From positions 4,960,001 through 5,024,000 of the forward strand of contig NC_135253.1 of NCBI RefSeq assembly GCF_964204865.1: a DNA stretch of 64,000 nucleotides, given 5' to 3'. Every line of letters starts with the position of its first letter. Positions within the stretch are counted from its first letter, which is position 1. A program made the position numbers and the translations under genes. The notes under the pieces are model-generated. The model made no database searches, was not told the DNA's origin, and saw only the letters and a program-made list of their open reading frames with translations. Below, one piece after another: positions 1 to 11,769 of the stretch. The stretch comes from Styela clava (lineage: Eukaryota).

Positions 1-766
1 GCCGTCAAAATGATCAGAGATATGGATGAGGGTAAGAACTATAAATTGCCAGTATTCTTAGTTATACCCAGTAGTGTAGATTGATTTCGTTTATCCAAAA
101 TTTTGAATTGGTATCATTTGTGACAAAACAATGTGAGGAAATCAATCAGTTGTATACGTTCTGGCCATTTATCACTTGTGGTTTTTTATCAACTCTAACC
201 CCAAGAAACACATCGTGGATGTCTATCTGTCTACGATTGCTGTTCGTCTCAAATTAGCATGTCGAAAACGTCTCTGTAAAATAGGATTCCCTCTAAAATT
301 ATTTACTATGTAACGTCACTCAAGCCATAGACGATCTTTGCTTTTGTGCTTGTAGAATGAAACAAAGAGAATACAAGAAAATTTAGATTTTGAAATACAA
401 AATTAATTCGTTTTCACGTTCTATAGCCATTTACCTAAGCACAAAATCACGAATAAAGTAAGTTTACTTTACGAGCATTGTGTGCAGAATAAAAACGCTT
501 ACTAATGCTTGATTATAATTTATATTACCAGTATTTTAATTAAACAAATTACACCTATATACTATTAGCGAGGACCCTATTGAAGTGCGCGGTCATCGCG
601 GCTGCATTTGTGCAGTCGCTTAATTAAGCCTGGCCCTGACGAAAGCTAAACTAATTAACTGAAAATTACAATCATTTAATGAGATATTTTACTATATAAT
701 TTCTTGCTCATTTCAGATGAATTCAACCATTTTAGAAATGCTCAGTCCGTGGAAGACTTCGAATAA
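1..766 (+). CDS. Styelin-like precursor, copy A, 5'-truncated by the window; join(<1..31,717..766)
   Basis: Encodes ...AVKMIRDMDE-D-EFNHFRNAQSVEDFE*, identical to copies B and C. Donor gtaaga at 32, acceptor cag at 714-716, TAA at 764-766. Confidence 0.85.
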
Positions 767-2999
767 TCTTCATGATGTTGAATGTTTACAGTGATAGTAG
801 TATAAGAAAAACGAACAAACAAGCAACTTTTTTGATTCAAAATCTTGATTCAAATCTTTGTTTGATTATTTAAGAGAAAGATATCATTCATTGATCAGTA
901 TATCTATGTTTTAATACAGAGTGAATATTTAAACTAACCAAACATATTTTTATCCTTTAATTCAACAAAATTTATGAATATTATTTGGTGTTATTCTTTC
1001 TACTATCATGTCATACATGCTGCTTTGCATCCGAGTATTTTTCGGAATAATAAAAGCTGGAACACAGTTTTGTATGATTTTTTTCATTCAGTGAATCAGA
1101 TTATTTTTCCGATAAAACAAATGCTTTAAAGTTGCGCTATTTCAGTTTATTGCGCAGCTTTGTTTGTGATATTTTGCATCGATATCGAAAGAAAGGTTGT
1201 CGTAAATCAGGGGCGATTATTCACCGTCGGGATTGGTGTCTTTAAATTTCAAGAAAGCCGGATAAGTTGTAAATTTGGAATTAAACGGAAATAAATTGCA
1301 AAAGTGTTATTGTTAATAGTAGGGTAATTTCGCACAAGTTGACTCTTTGGTGTAGTCAATGCATTTATATATTTGAAAAATTCTTTTCCTAGGCTATTTC
1401 CCAACAACAATAGCAATTTAGCAAAACAATCCTTGTTTACACATCGTGCCTTATAAACCCTATCCAAATGTAGACGATTTTATCCTGAAAACTATATTAC
1501 ACTGCGAAAAATTTAAAAACAAATAATTCGTATTGTTCTGGAACAACTCAAATGTCACGGGTGAAAACCCCGAAATCTACATTCGGTAAATTCGGTGATT
1601 CGAAGTTAAGCTTGACGTATCGTTTCGAATAAAACCTCTTGCTAGCATATATGGATCAAGATCGACATCAGGGTTCCGAGTTTAATATAAGCGGACAAAC
1701 CATTGCACAGTCGTTTATATAAATTGTCAATTCCAAACAAGGTTAAAATCTTCGAGCTTGATTTCGTAAAGTTGGAAACAAGTTCTTGCCAGGCTCTAAG
1801 TTCGAGAGATAGTGAATATTACACCCTTTGACTACATAGTGACTAGTAGAAAAAGCACCTATTATAGAGATTCCGTGATTATAGACCGTCTTTACCTGAA
1901 AATGCATTAATCCGTTCCAAGACCCTACAAATCTCGGACATAATATTTGACTGGGTTAAGCAAAGACCGTGGAGAGTGGGAGAATGGCGGCCGGAAAAGG
2001 TGAGGGAAGGCGTTAAAAGATGAAATCTTTATCTCTTTTATTTTGCAGTTTTATTCATTTTATTTTTCTTTAGTTTTAACTGTTACGCGTATCGTAATCT
2101 TCTCAACTGAAACTGAATGAGACTTATTGTACGTATCCGCGGGAAACGAACGGGCTAATGGTATGACAGGCGTGTGCCAGGGCAGGTACCCCGGACTTTA
2201 ATTTTTATATTGCTCAGGGCATCATTCGTTGATTTAAGAAAACAAATGTAATTACGTAGCATCGTCATTATCAAATGAGTGAACCTGACTCCCAAATTAC
2301 CATCTGCCAATAAAAGAGAATTAAGACCGGAAATCTTCTTCTATTTTGCGAGTCGGTGCTGATTTAAATATTTCATGTCAGCTGTTATGATTTTATTTTT
2401 GATTATAAATTAATATTGTCAACCTAAACTGCGCCTACATAATATTTAAGAGCCATTTTGTACGCTCTAAGTTGTAAGAAATGACTTTCATGCCGACTGT
2501 AATTTACTGCCGTGTCGCATACGACTGCCGTCGATTACAATAAAAAATGAAATAATTGTAAAATGTTTTCAAATTCAAACGTTGACGGCGGCGCCAGGAT
2601 ATATGTGCCATATTCGGTATTTTTACAAACACGAACAACGATACTCGAAGTTCGCGATATTCGAATAAGAAAATCGAATTTAGCATCCGTGCTTCAAGCA
2701 CTGCATTAAATTAACCTAGAATAAACAAATATCACTACACTCATTTTTTGTTTTCGTCCGTGGGAAATTTTACGTTAGTCAATATATTTTCACAAAAAGA
2801 ATTCTCGTAAGTTGGATTTTTCGCATGTAGAGCCTTTTGTAGGTAGATTTTCTACTGTAGATTCGAGCACAAAAAATTGTTTTATTTTGTTATTGATCTA
2901 ACGGCATTGTTCGGGGTCCTGGCAGAAATGTTGAGTTAAAACGCAAAATTTCTTAAAGAAAGCTATTTTAATTTATTGCCACACCGACTTTGAACGAAT

Positions 3000-3247
3000 T
3001 CAGTGAGAAGGAAACAAGCTTTTACAACATTGTGTATTTTCCAACAGGATCTTTCTAGCTGGTTTCACCGATATGGCAGTGGCACTCGGATACTGGTATA
3101 GGCTTTGTGGCGCAAGGAGATTGAAATTGCTCGCAAGTTTCAGATTAATTGAACTAAAAGCTCGTTTCGTGGGCACATCACTAAAAATTGGCACTTCTCC
3201 GCGGGCCGCACAGTTATTCTTTGCGGGCCGCAGTTTGCACACCCCTG
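3000..3247 (-). mobile_element. hAT (Charlie/Buster-like) deletion-derivative relic inside the repeat unit
   Basis: Minus strand starts CAGGGGTGTGCAAACTGCGGCCCGC, a Charlie-type terminus. It continues into a frameshifted IRV/ATAISVKPARKILLENTQC...PSH* that resembles Charlie/Buster transposase C-termini. The other end was not found. Confidence 0.55.
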
Positions 3248-4101
3248 CTATAATGGCCTAAATTTAATTTTTCGATGTTTTCGAACCAAAAAAATCAAAC
3301 GTTGAATTGGGTGGGTAATTTTCATTAGATTCATATTATTTAGCCAAAATAGATTTTTTTGCGTAGATGCCATGGAATTTATTTGCGTTGGTCAATTTTC
3401 GCGTGGGAAAAATTCCCCAAATAGGCAAACCTCACAGTAGGTCGTGCCATATGTGAGAAAAACATTAGCTAACTAATACCAGTATTCTAAGATCGTTTCA
3501 TAAGAAATTAATATTTGTGTTAATTAGATTGCTTGTTGCAAATAAGTAAAAACTTGAGCCGTGATTGATTAAATGGTATGATTTGCCTAAAGCATGAAAC
3601 TAGTTCATTTAGGCTTTACTGATTACATTCTTCACAAATCCCAAGGTTACAACTCATCTGTTTATGTAACAACTGAAGTCATTTCAATTTGGAATGAACA
3701 ATATTTTTACAGCCTAAAAATATCTCACGTCACTCACGAATGAGTTTACTCTGGTGGTGATGAGCAATCCACATTGTAATATAATAGGTTAAGCAGAATC
3801 CAACTATGCCGACAATTGTTTGTTTCTATGTATGAGATTAGTTAGTGGAAACTAATTAGGTTTAATATACAGAAATAATTATGATACATAGTTTTCACAT
3901 TATTTTAGCATCATATTTAGAATATGTAACAGAATAACTGACCACATATGTTTCCACATTTAAACGAAGCTGTCAAAAGTTTTACAAAATTCTACCCAAT
4001 TCAACGAAAAAGTAAGGCAAATTAACGCAAATTAATTCGAAACTCTATTGATTTTTTTTTTGTGATGAACTTATTACATATCAGTATGGCCTATGATTTG
4101 T

Positions 4102-4228
4102 ATTTATTGCTTACAAAAGTGCTTCCTGTTTGAAAAATAGGGCATACATATGGATTAAACGAGGATTTATTGCTTACAAAAGTGCTTCCTGTTTAAATAA
4201 TAGGGCATACATATGGATTAAACGAGGA
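4102..4228 (+). repeat. 63-bp tandem duplication just upstream of the TATA box (also 9604-9730)
   Basis: atttattgcttacaaaagtgcttcctgttt...gggcatacatatggattaaacgagg occurs at 4102 and again at 4165. Confidence 0.93.
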
Positions 4229-4276
4229 ATTCCAGATGTTTATGATGACGCCGTTTCCAGGATTGTCCAGAATCTC

Positions 4277-4361
4277 TATAAAAGAGAAGAAAATTTTAGT
4301 CGAGCACCAACCACTCTATCAGAAACTGACGAACGATCTTCTTGAGACAAGGATAAATCAG
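4277..4361 (+). promoter_or_regulatory. TATA box and predicted non-coding first exon of copy B
   Basis: TATAAAA at 4277-4283; strong donor CAG|gtgaga at 4361/4362; pyrimidine tract plus cag acceptor at 4531-4533 (alternative cag 4538-4540) just before the ATG. TSS inferred near 4305-4310. Confidence 0.65.
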
Positions 4362-4541
4362 GTGAGATTTGTAACTTTGTATTCCGTTACACACAGTGGT
4401 AAATCCATTTATACTTTATACGGACAATTCTTTGTTTTTGTCATGAATCTAAGTTGGCATAAATGGTGTAAATTGGGAAGTTTATTTGTTATTCCTCTTA
4501 ATTTTATTCCTCTTTCTCCTTTCGCCGCTGCAGAAAACAGA

Positions 4542-6267
4542 ATGATGAAATCCACAATCATTTTATTATTGGTAGCAATGTTGGTTGTCAACAGCGACGC
4601 CGGTTTTTTCGGGAAAGTTGGTAAAGCCATTAAGAAGACCGTGACCAGCCCGTAAGTCGTGATTTATTTGCGTTTTATCGATATATATTATTTTAATTAG
4701 GGATTGGTTTAAATTTATTTTAATACTTTACGTTAAGACTCATTGACGGTAACACGTTACCTTTTTTAAATGAATATCTATCTTTCGATGTTTCATTTAC
4801 ACTATATTTAAAAATCACAACAACTTCATCAATCACAAATTGGTCAAAATAATCTGTAGAAAACATCCTGATCCAGTTCGACTATGCATATTTCACTTTA
4901 TAAATAATTTGCATAGAATACAATGTGATTGCAGCAGTGACTGATATACTGTTTAACATTATAATCTAGTTAGGTAAAGTAAACTCACAAAATTCTAGAC
5001 TTTGTCCTTTATTTGATTATTTTAGGACGGGGAAAAAAGTGGCCAAAAAGCTTGCTCAGCTTACTGCTAAAGCGGCCCTTTTTGGTATTCTTGGAGATAT
5101 GCGATCTTTAAGAGAATTGGTGAGAATGCTAATTTTAGTTCAACAACCTACTTTGTTTAGCAATATTGGAGAGTGAAATGAACTGTAATTCACTATATAG
5201 CATTAAATTCATACATAACGAGTTACGTGTTTCACATCATCATATATATGCCGACAAGTGTGGAACAGACGAGAATCCAGGGTGGTCGTCGACTGTGATA
5301 TCCCTTGGAAACGAATTCTCAGCTTCTGCGAGTAGAGTTTCATTTTTTTAATATATTTTTTCAGCGTTGTTGTTGAATTTTACTGCGCGTCATATCCAGT
5401 CAAACGGTTGTTGCTTTATGATTAAGATTGCATTGAATATATTGATAAATAGTAATATTTTTTCCCCAAAGGACGATGCTGAAATGAATCAAATGATTGA
5501 GGCCGTCAAAATGATCAGAGATATGGATGAGGGTAAGTACTATAAATTGCCAGTATTCTTAGTTATACCCAGTAGTGTAGATTGATTTCGTTTATCCAAA
5601 ATTTTGAATTGGTATCATTTGTGACAAAACAATGTGAGGAAATCAATCAGTTGTATACGTTCTGGCCATTTATCACTTGTGGTTTTTTATCAACTCTAAC
5701 CCCAAGAAACACATCGTGGATGTCTATCTGTCTACGATTGCTGTTCGTCTCAAATTAGCATGTCGAAAACGTCTCTGTAAAATAGGATTCCCTCTAAAAT
5801 TATTTACTATGTAACGTCACTCAAGCCATAGACGACCTTTGCTTTTGTGCTTGTAGAATGAAACAAAGAGAATACAAGAAAATTTAGATTTTGAAATACA
5901 AAATTAATTCGTTTTCACGTTCTATAGCCATTTACCTAAGCACAAAATCACGAATAAAGTAAGTTTACTTTACGAGCATTGTGTGCAGAATAAAAACGCT
6001 TACTAATGCTTGATTATAATTTATATTACCAGTATTTTAATTAAATAAATTACACCTATATACTATTAGCGAGGACCCTATTGAAGTGCGCGGTCAACGC
6101 GGCTGCATTTGTGCAGTCGCTTAATTAAGCCTGGCCCTGACGAAAGCTAAACTAATTAACTGAAAATTACAATCATTTAATGAGATATTTTACCATATAA
6201 TTTCTTGCTCATTTCAGATGAATTCAACCATTTTAGAAATGCTCAGTCCGTGGAAGACTTCGAATAA
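4542..6267 (+). CDS. Styelin-like antimicrobial peptide precursor, copy B, 104 aa; CDS join(4542..4651,5026..5119,5472..5532,6218..6267)
   Basis: Canonical donors (gtaagt 4652, gtgaga 5120, gtaagt 5533) and acceptors (tag 5025, aag 5471, cag 6217) with compatible phases 2/0/1 give 315 nt ending in TAA. Protein: MMKSTIILLLVAMLVVNSDA-GFFGKVGKAIKKTVTSPTGKKVAKKLAQLTAKAALFGIL-G-DMRSLRELDDAEMNQMIEAVKMIRDMDEDEFNHFRNAQSVEDFE. The signal/GxFGK start, L-G-D-M junction and acidic tail match the styelin C precursor layout as I recall it. Confidence 0.9.
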
Positions 6268-6549
6268 TCTTCATGATGTTGAATGTTTACAGTGATAGTA
6301 GTATAAGAAAAACGAACAAACAAGCAACTTTTTTGATTCAAAATCTTGATTCAAATCTTTGTTTGATTATTTAAGAGAAAGATATTTTTCATTGATCAGT
6401 ATATCTATGTTTTAATACAGAGTGAATATTTAAACTAACCAAACATATTTTTATCCTTTAATTCAACAAAATTTATGAATATTATTTGGTGTTATTCTTT
6501 CTACTATCATGTCATACATGCTGCTTTGCATCCGAGTATTTTTCGGAAT

Positions 6550-6555
6550 AATAAA
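6550..6555 (+). terminator. Probable polyadenylation signal of copy B (equivalents 1049-1054 and 12052-12057)
   Basis: AATAAA ~280 nt after the stop, followed by a GT/T-rich tract (gttttgtatgattttttt). Confidence 0.6.
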
Positions 6556-8500
6556 AGCTGGAACACAGTTTTGTATGATTTTTTTCATTCAGTGAATCAG
6601 ATTATTTTTCCGATAAAACAAATGCTTTAAAGTTGCGCTATTTCAGTTTATTGCGCAGCTTTGTTTGTGATATTTTGCATCGATATCGAAAGAAAGGTTG
6701 TCGTAAATCAGGGGCGATTATTCACCGTCGGGATTGGTGTCTTTAAATTTCAAGAAAGCCGGATAAGTTGTAAATTTGGAATTAAACGGAAATAAATTGC
6801 AAAAGTGTTATTGTTAATAGTAGGGTAATTTCGCACAAGTTGACTCTTTGGTGTAGTCAATGCATTTATATATTTGAAAAATTCTTTTCCTAGGCTATTT
6901 CCCAACAACAATAGCAATTTAGCAAAACAATCCTTGTTTACACATCGTGCCTTATAAACCCTATCCAAATGTAGACGATTTTATCCTGAAAACTATATTA
7001 CACTGCGAAAAATTTAAAAAAAAAAAATTCGTATTGTTCTGGAACAACTCAAATGTCACGGGTGAAAACCCCGAAATCTACATTCGGTAAATTCGGTGAT
7101 TCGAAGTTAAGCTTGACGTATCGTTTCGAATAAAACCTCTTGCTAGCATATATGGATCAAGATCGACATCAGGGTTCCGAGTTTAATATAAGCGGACAAA
7201 CCTTTGCACAGTCGTTTATATAAATTGTCAATTCCAAACAAGGTTCAAATCTTCGAGCTTGATTTCGTAAAGTTGGAAACAAGTTCTTGCCAGGCTCTAA
7301 GTTCGAAAGATAGTGAATATTACACCCTTTGACTACATAGTGACTAGTAGAAAAAGCACCTATTATAGAGATTCCGTGATTATAGACCGTCTTTACCTGA
7401 AAATGCATTAATCCGTTCCAAGACCCTACAAACCTCGGACATAATATTTGACTGGGTTAAGCAAAGACCGTGGAGAGTGGGAGAATGGCGGCCGGAAAAG
7501 GTGAGGGAAGGCGTTAAAAGATGAAATCTTTATCTCTTTTATTTTGCAGTTTTATTCATTTTATTTTTCTTTAGTTTTAACTGTTACGCGTATCGTAATC
7601 TTCTCAACTGAAACTGAATGAGACTTATTGTACGTATCCGCGGGAAACGAACGGGCTAATGGTATGACAGGCGTGTGCCAGGGCAGGTACCCCGGACTTT
7701 AATTTTTATATTGCTCACGGCATCATTCGTTGATTTAAGAAAACAAATGTAATTACGTAGCATCGTCATTATCAAATGAGTGAACCTGACTCCCAAATTA
7801 CCATCTGCCAATAAAAGAGAATTAAGACCGGAAATCTTCTTCTATTTTGCGAGTCGGTGCTGATTTAAATATTTCATGTCAGCTGTTATGATTTTATTTT
7901 TGATTATAAATTAATATTGTCAACCCAAACTGCGCCTACATAATATTTAAGAGCCAGTTTGTACGCTCTAAGTTGTAAGAAATGACTTTCATGCCGACTG
8001 TAATTTACTGCCGTGTCGCATACGACTGCCGTCGATTACAATAAAAAATGAAATAATTGTAAAATGTTTTCAAATTCAAACGTTGACGGCGGCGCCAGGA
8101 TATATGTGCCATATTCGGTATTTTTACAAACACGAACAACGATACTCGAAGTTCGCGATATTCGAATAAGAAAATCGAATTTAGCATCCGTGCTTCAAGC
8201 ACTGCATTAAATTAACCTAGAATAAACAAATATCACTACACTCATTTTTTGTTTTCGTCCGTGGGAAATTTTACGTTAGTCAATATATTTTCACAAAAAG
8301 AATTCTCGTAAGTTGGATTTTTCGCATGTAGAGCCTTTTGTAGGTAGATTTTCTACTGTAGATTCGAGCACAAAAAATTGTTTTATTTTGTTATTGATCT
8401 AACGGCATTGTTCGGGGTCCTGGCAGAAATGTTGAGTTAAAACGCAAAATTTCTTAAAGAAAGCTATTTTAATTTATTGCCACACCGACTTTGAACGAAT

Positions 8501-8748
8501 TCAGTGAGAAGGAAACAAGCTTTTACAACATTGTGTATTTTCCAACAGGATCTTTCTAGCTGGTTTCACCGATATGGCAGTGGCACTCGGATACTGGTAT
8601 AGGCTTTGTGGCGCAAGGAGATTGAAATTGCTCGCAAGTTTCAGATTAATTGAACTAAAAGCTCGTTTCGTGGGCACATCACTAAAAATTGGCACTTCTC
8701 CGCGGGCCGCACAGTTATTCTTTGCGGGCCGCAGTTTGCACACCCCTG
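8501..8748 (-). mobile_element. Second copy of the hAT relic (in unit 2)
   Basis: Same as 3000-3247, shifted by 5501. Confidence 0.55.
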
Positions 8749-9778
8749 CTATAATGGCCTAAATTTAATTTTTCGATGTTTTCGAACCAAAAAAATCAAA
8801 CGTTGAATTGGGTGGGTAATTTTCATTAGATTCATATTATTTAGCCAAAATAGATTTTTTTTGCGTAGATGCCATGGAATTTATTTGCGTTGGTCAATTT
8901 TCGCGTGGGAAAAATTCCCCAAATAGGCAAACCTCACAGTAGGTCGTGCCATATGTGAGAAAAACATTAGCTAACTAATACCAGTATTCTAAGATCGTTT
9001 CATAAGAAATTAATATTTGTGTTAATTAGATTGCTTGTTGCAAATAAGTAAAAACTTGAGCCGTGATTGATTAAATGGTATGATTTGCCTAAAGCATGAA
9101 ACTAGTTCATTTAGGCTTTACTGAATACATTCTTCACAAATCCCAAGGTTACAACTCATCTGTTTATGTAACAACTGAAGTCATTTCAATTTGGAATGAA
9201 CAATATTTTTACAGCCTAAAAATATCTCACGTCACTCACGAATGAGTTTACTCTGGTGGTGATGTGCAATCCACATTGTAATATAATAGGTTAAGCAGAA
9301 TCCAACTATGCCGACAATTGTTTGTTTCTATGTATGAGATTAGTTAGTGGAAACTAATTAGGTTTAATATACAGAAATAATTATGATACATAGTTTTCAC
9401 ATTATTTTAGCATCATATTTAGAATATGTAACAGAATAACTGACCACATATGTTTCCACATTTAAACGAAGCTGTCAAAAGTTTTACAAAATTCTACCCA
9501 ATTCAACGAAAAAGTAAGGCAAATTAACGCAAATTAATTCGAAACTCTATTGATTTTTTTTTTGTGATGAACTTATTACATATCAGTATGGCCTATGATT
9601 TGTATTTATTGCTTACAAAAGTGCTTCCTGTTTGAAAAATAGGGCATACATATGGATTAAACGAGGATTTATTGCTTACAAAAGTGCTTCCTGTTTAAAT
9701 AATAAGGCATACATATGGATTAAACGAGGAATTCCAGATGTTTATGATGACGCCGTTTCCAGGATTGTCCAGAATCTC

Positions 9779-9863
9779 TATAAAAGAGAAGAAAATTTTA
9801 GTCGAGCACCAACCACTCTATCAGAAACTGACGAACGATCTTCTTGAGACAAGGATAAATCAG
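9779..9863 (+). promoter_or_regulatory. TATA box and predicted non-coding first exon of copy C
   Basis: Same sequence as 4277-4361, shifted by 5502. Confidence 0.65.
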
Positions 9864-10043
9864 GTGAGATTTGTAACTTTGTATTCCGTTACACACAGTG
9901 GTAAATCCATTTATACTTTATACGGACAATTCTTTGTTTTTGTCATGAATCTAAGTTGGCATAAATGGTGTAAATTGGGAAGTTTATTTGTTATTCCTCT
10001 TAATTTTATTCCTCTTTCTCCTTTCGCCGCTGCAGAAAACAGA

Positions 10044-11769
10044 ATGATGAAATCCACAATCATTTTATTATTGGTAGCAATGTTGGTTGTCAACAGCGAC
10101 GCCGGTTTTTTCGGGAAAGTTGGTAAAGCCATTAAGAAGACCGTGACCAGCCCGTAAGTCGTGATTTATTTGCGTTTTATCGATATATATTATTTTAATT
10201 AGGGATTGGTTTAAATTTATTTTAATACTTTACGTTAAGACTCATTGACGGTAACACGTTACCTTTTTTAAATGAATATCTATCTTTCGATGTTTCATTT
10301 ACACTATATTTAAAAATCACAACAACTTCATCAATCACAAATTGGTCAAAATAATCTGTAGAAAACATCCTGATCCAGTTCGACTATGCATATTTCACTT
10401 TATAAATAATTTGCATAGAATACAATGTGATTGCAGCAGTGACTGATATACTGTTTAACATTATAATCTAGTTAGGTAAATTAAACTCACAAAATTCTAG
10501 ACTTTGTCCTTTATTTGATTATTTTAGGACGGGGAAAAAAGTGGCCAAAAAGCTTGCTCAGCTTACTGCTAAAGCGGCCCTTTTTGGTATTCTTGGAGAT
10601 ATGCGATCTTTAAGAGAATTGGTGAGAATGCTAATTTTGGTTCAACAACCTACTTTGTTTAGCAATATTGGAGAGTGAAATGAACTGTAATTCACTATAT
10701 AGCATTAAATTCATACATAACGAGTTACGTGTTTCACATCATCATATATATGCCGACAAGTGTGGAACAGACGAGAATCCAGGGTGGTCGTCGACTGTGA
10801 TATCCCATGGAAACGAATTCTCAGCTTCTGCGAGTAGAGTTTCATTTTTTTAATATATTTTTTCAGCGTTGTTGTTGAATTTTACTGCGCGTCATATCCA
10901 GTCAAACGGTTGTTGCTTTATGATTAAGATTGCATTGAATATATTGATAAATAGTAATATTTTTTCCCCAAAGGACGATGCTGAAATGAATCAAATGATT
11001 GAGGCCGTCAAAATGATCAGAGATATGGATGAGGGTAAATACTATAAATTGCCAGTATTCTTAGTTATACCCAGTAGTGTAGATTGATTTCGTTTATCCA
11101 AAATTTTGAATTGGTATCATTTGTGACAAAACAATGTGAGGAAATCAATCAGTTGTATACGTTCTGGCCATTTATCACTTGTGGTTTTTTATCAACTCTA
11201 ACCCCAAGAAACACATCGTGGATGTCTATCTGTCTACGATTGCTGTTCGTCTCAAATTAGCATGTCGAAAACGTCTCTGTAAAATAGGATTCCCTCTAAA
11301 ATTATTTACTATGTAACGTCACTCAAGCCATAGACGACCTTTGCTTTTGTGCTTGTAGAATGAAACAAAGAGAATACAAGAAAATTTAGATTTTGAAATA
11401 CAAAATTAATTCGTTTTCACGTTCTATAGCCATTTACCTAAGCACAAAATCACGAATAAAGTAAGTTTACTTTACGAGCATTGTGTGCAGAATAAAAACG
11501 CTTACTAATGCTTGATTATAATTTATATTACCAGTATTTTAATTAAATAAATTACACCTATATACTATTAGCGAGGACCCTATTGAAGTGCGCGGTCAAC
11601 GCGGCTGCATTTGTGCAGTCGCTTAATTAAGCCTGGCCCTGACGAAAGCTAAACTAATTAACTGAAAATTACAATCATTTAATGAGATATTTCACCATAT
11701 AATTTCTTGCTCATTTCAGATGAATTCAACCATTTTAGAAATGCTCAGTCCGTGGAAGACTTCGAATAA
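10044..11769 (+). CDS. Styelin-like antimicrobial peptide precursor, copy C; CDS join(10044..10153,10528..10621,10974..11034,11720..11769)
   Basis: Coding exons read identical to copy B at +5502. The last donor is gtaaat (11035) rather than gtaagt. Confidence 0.88.

Noticed and set aside
4236-4655. 139-aa ORF (and its copy at 9738-10157) as a single-exon gene
   Set aside because: Only the last 37 codons belong to the real exon. The upstream part crosses the TATA box, the non-coding exon and intron 1, and the stop lies inside the gtaagt donor.
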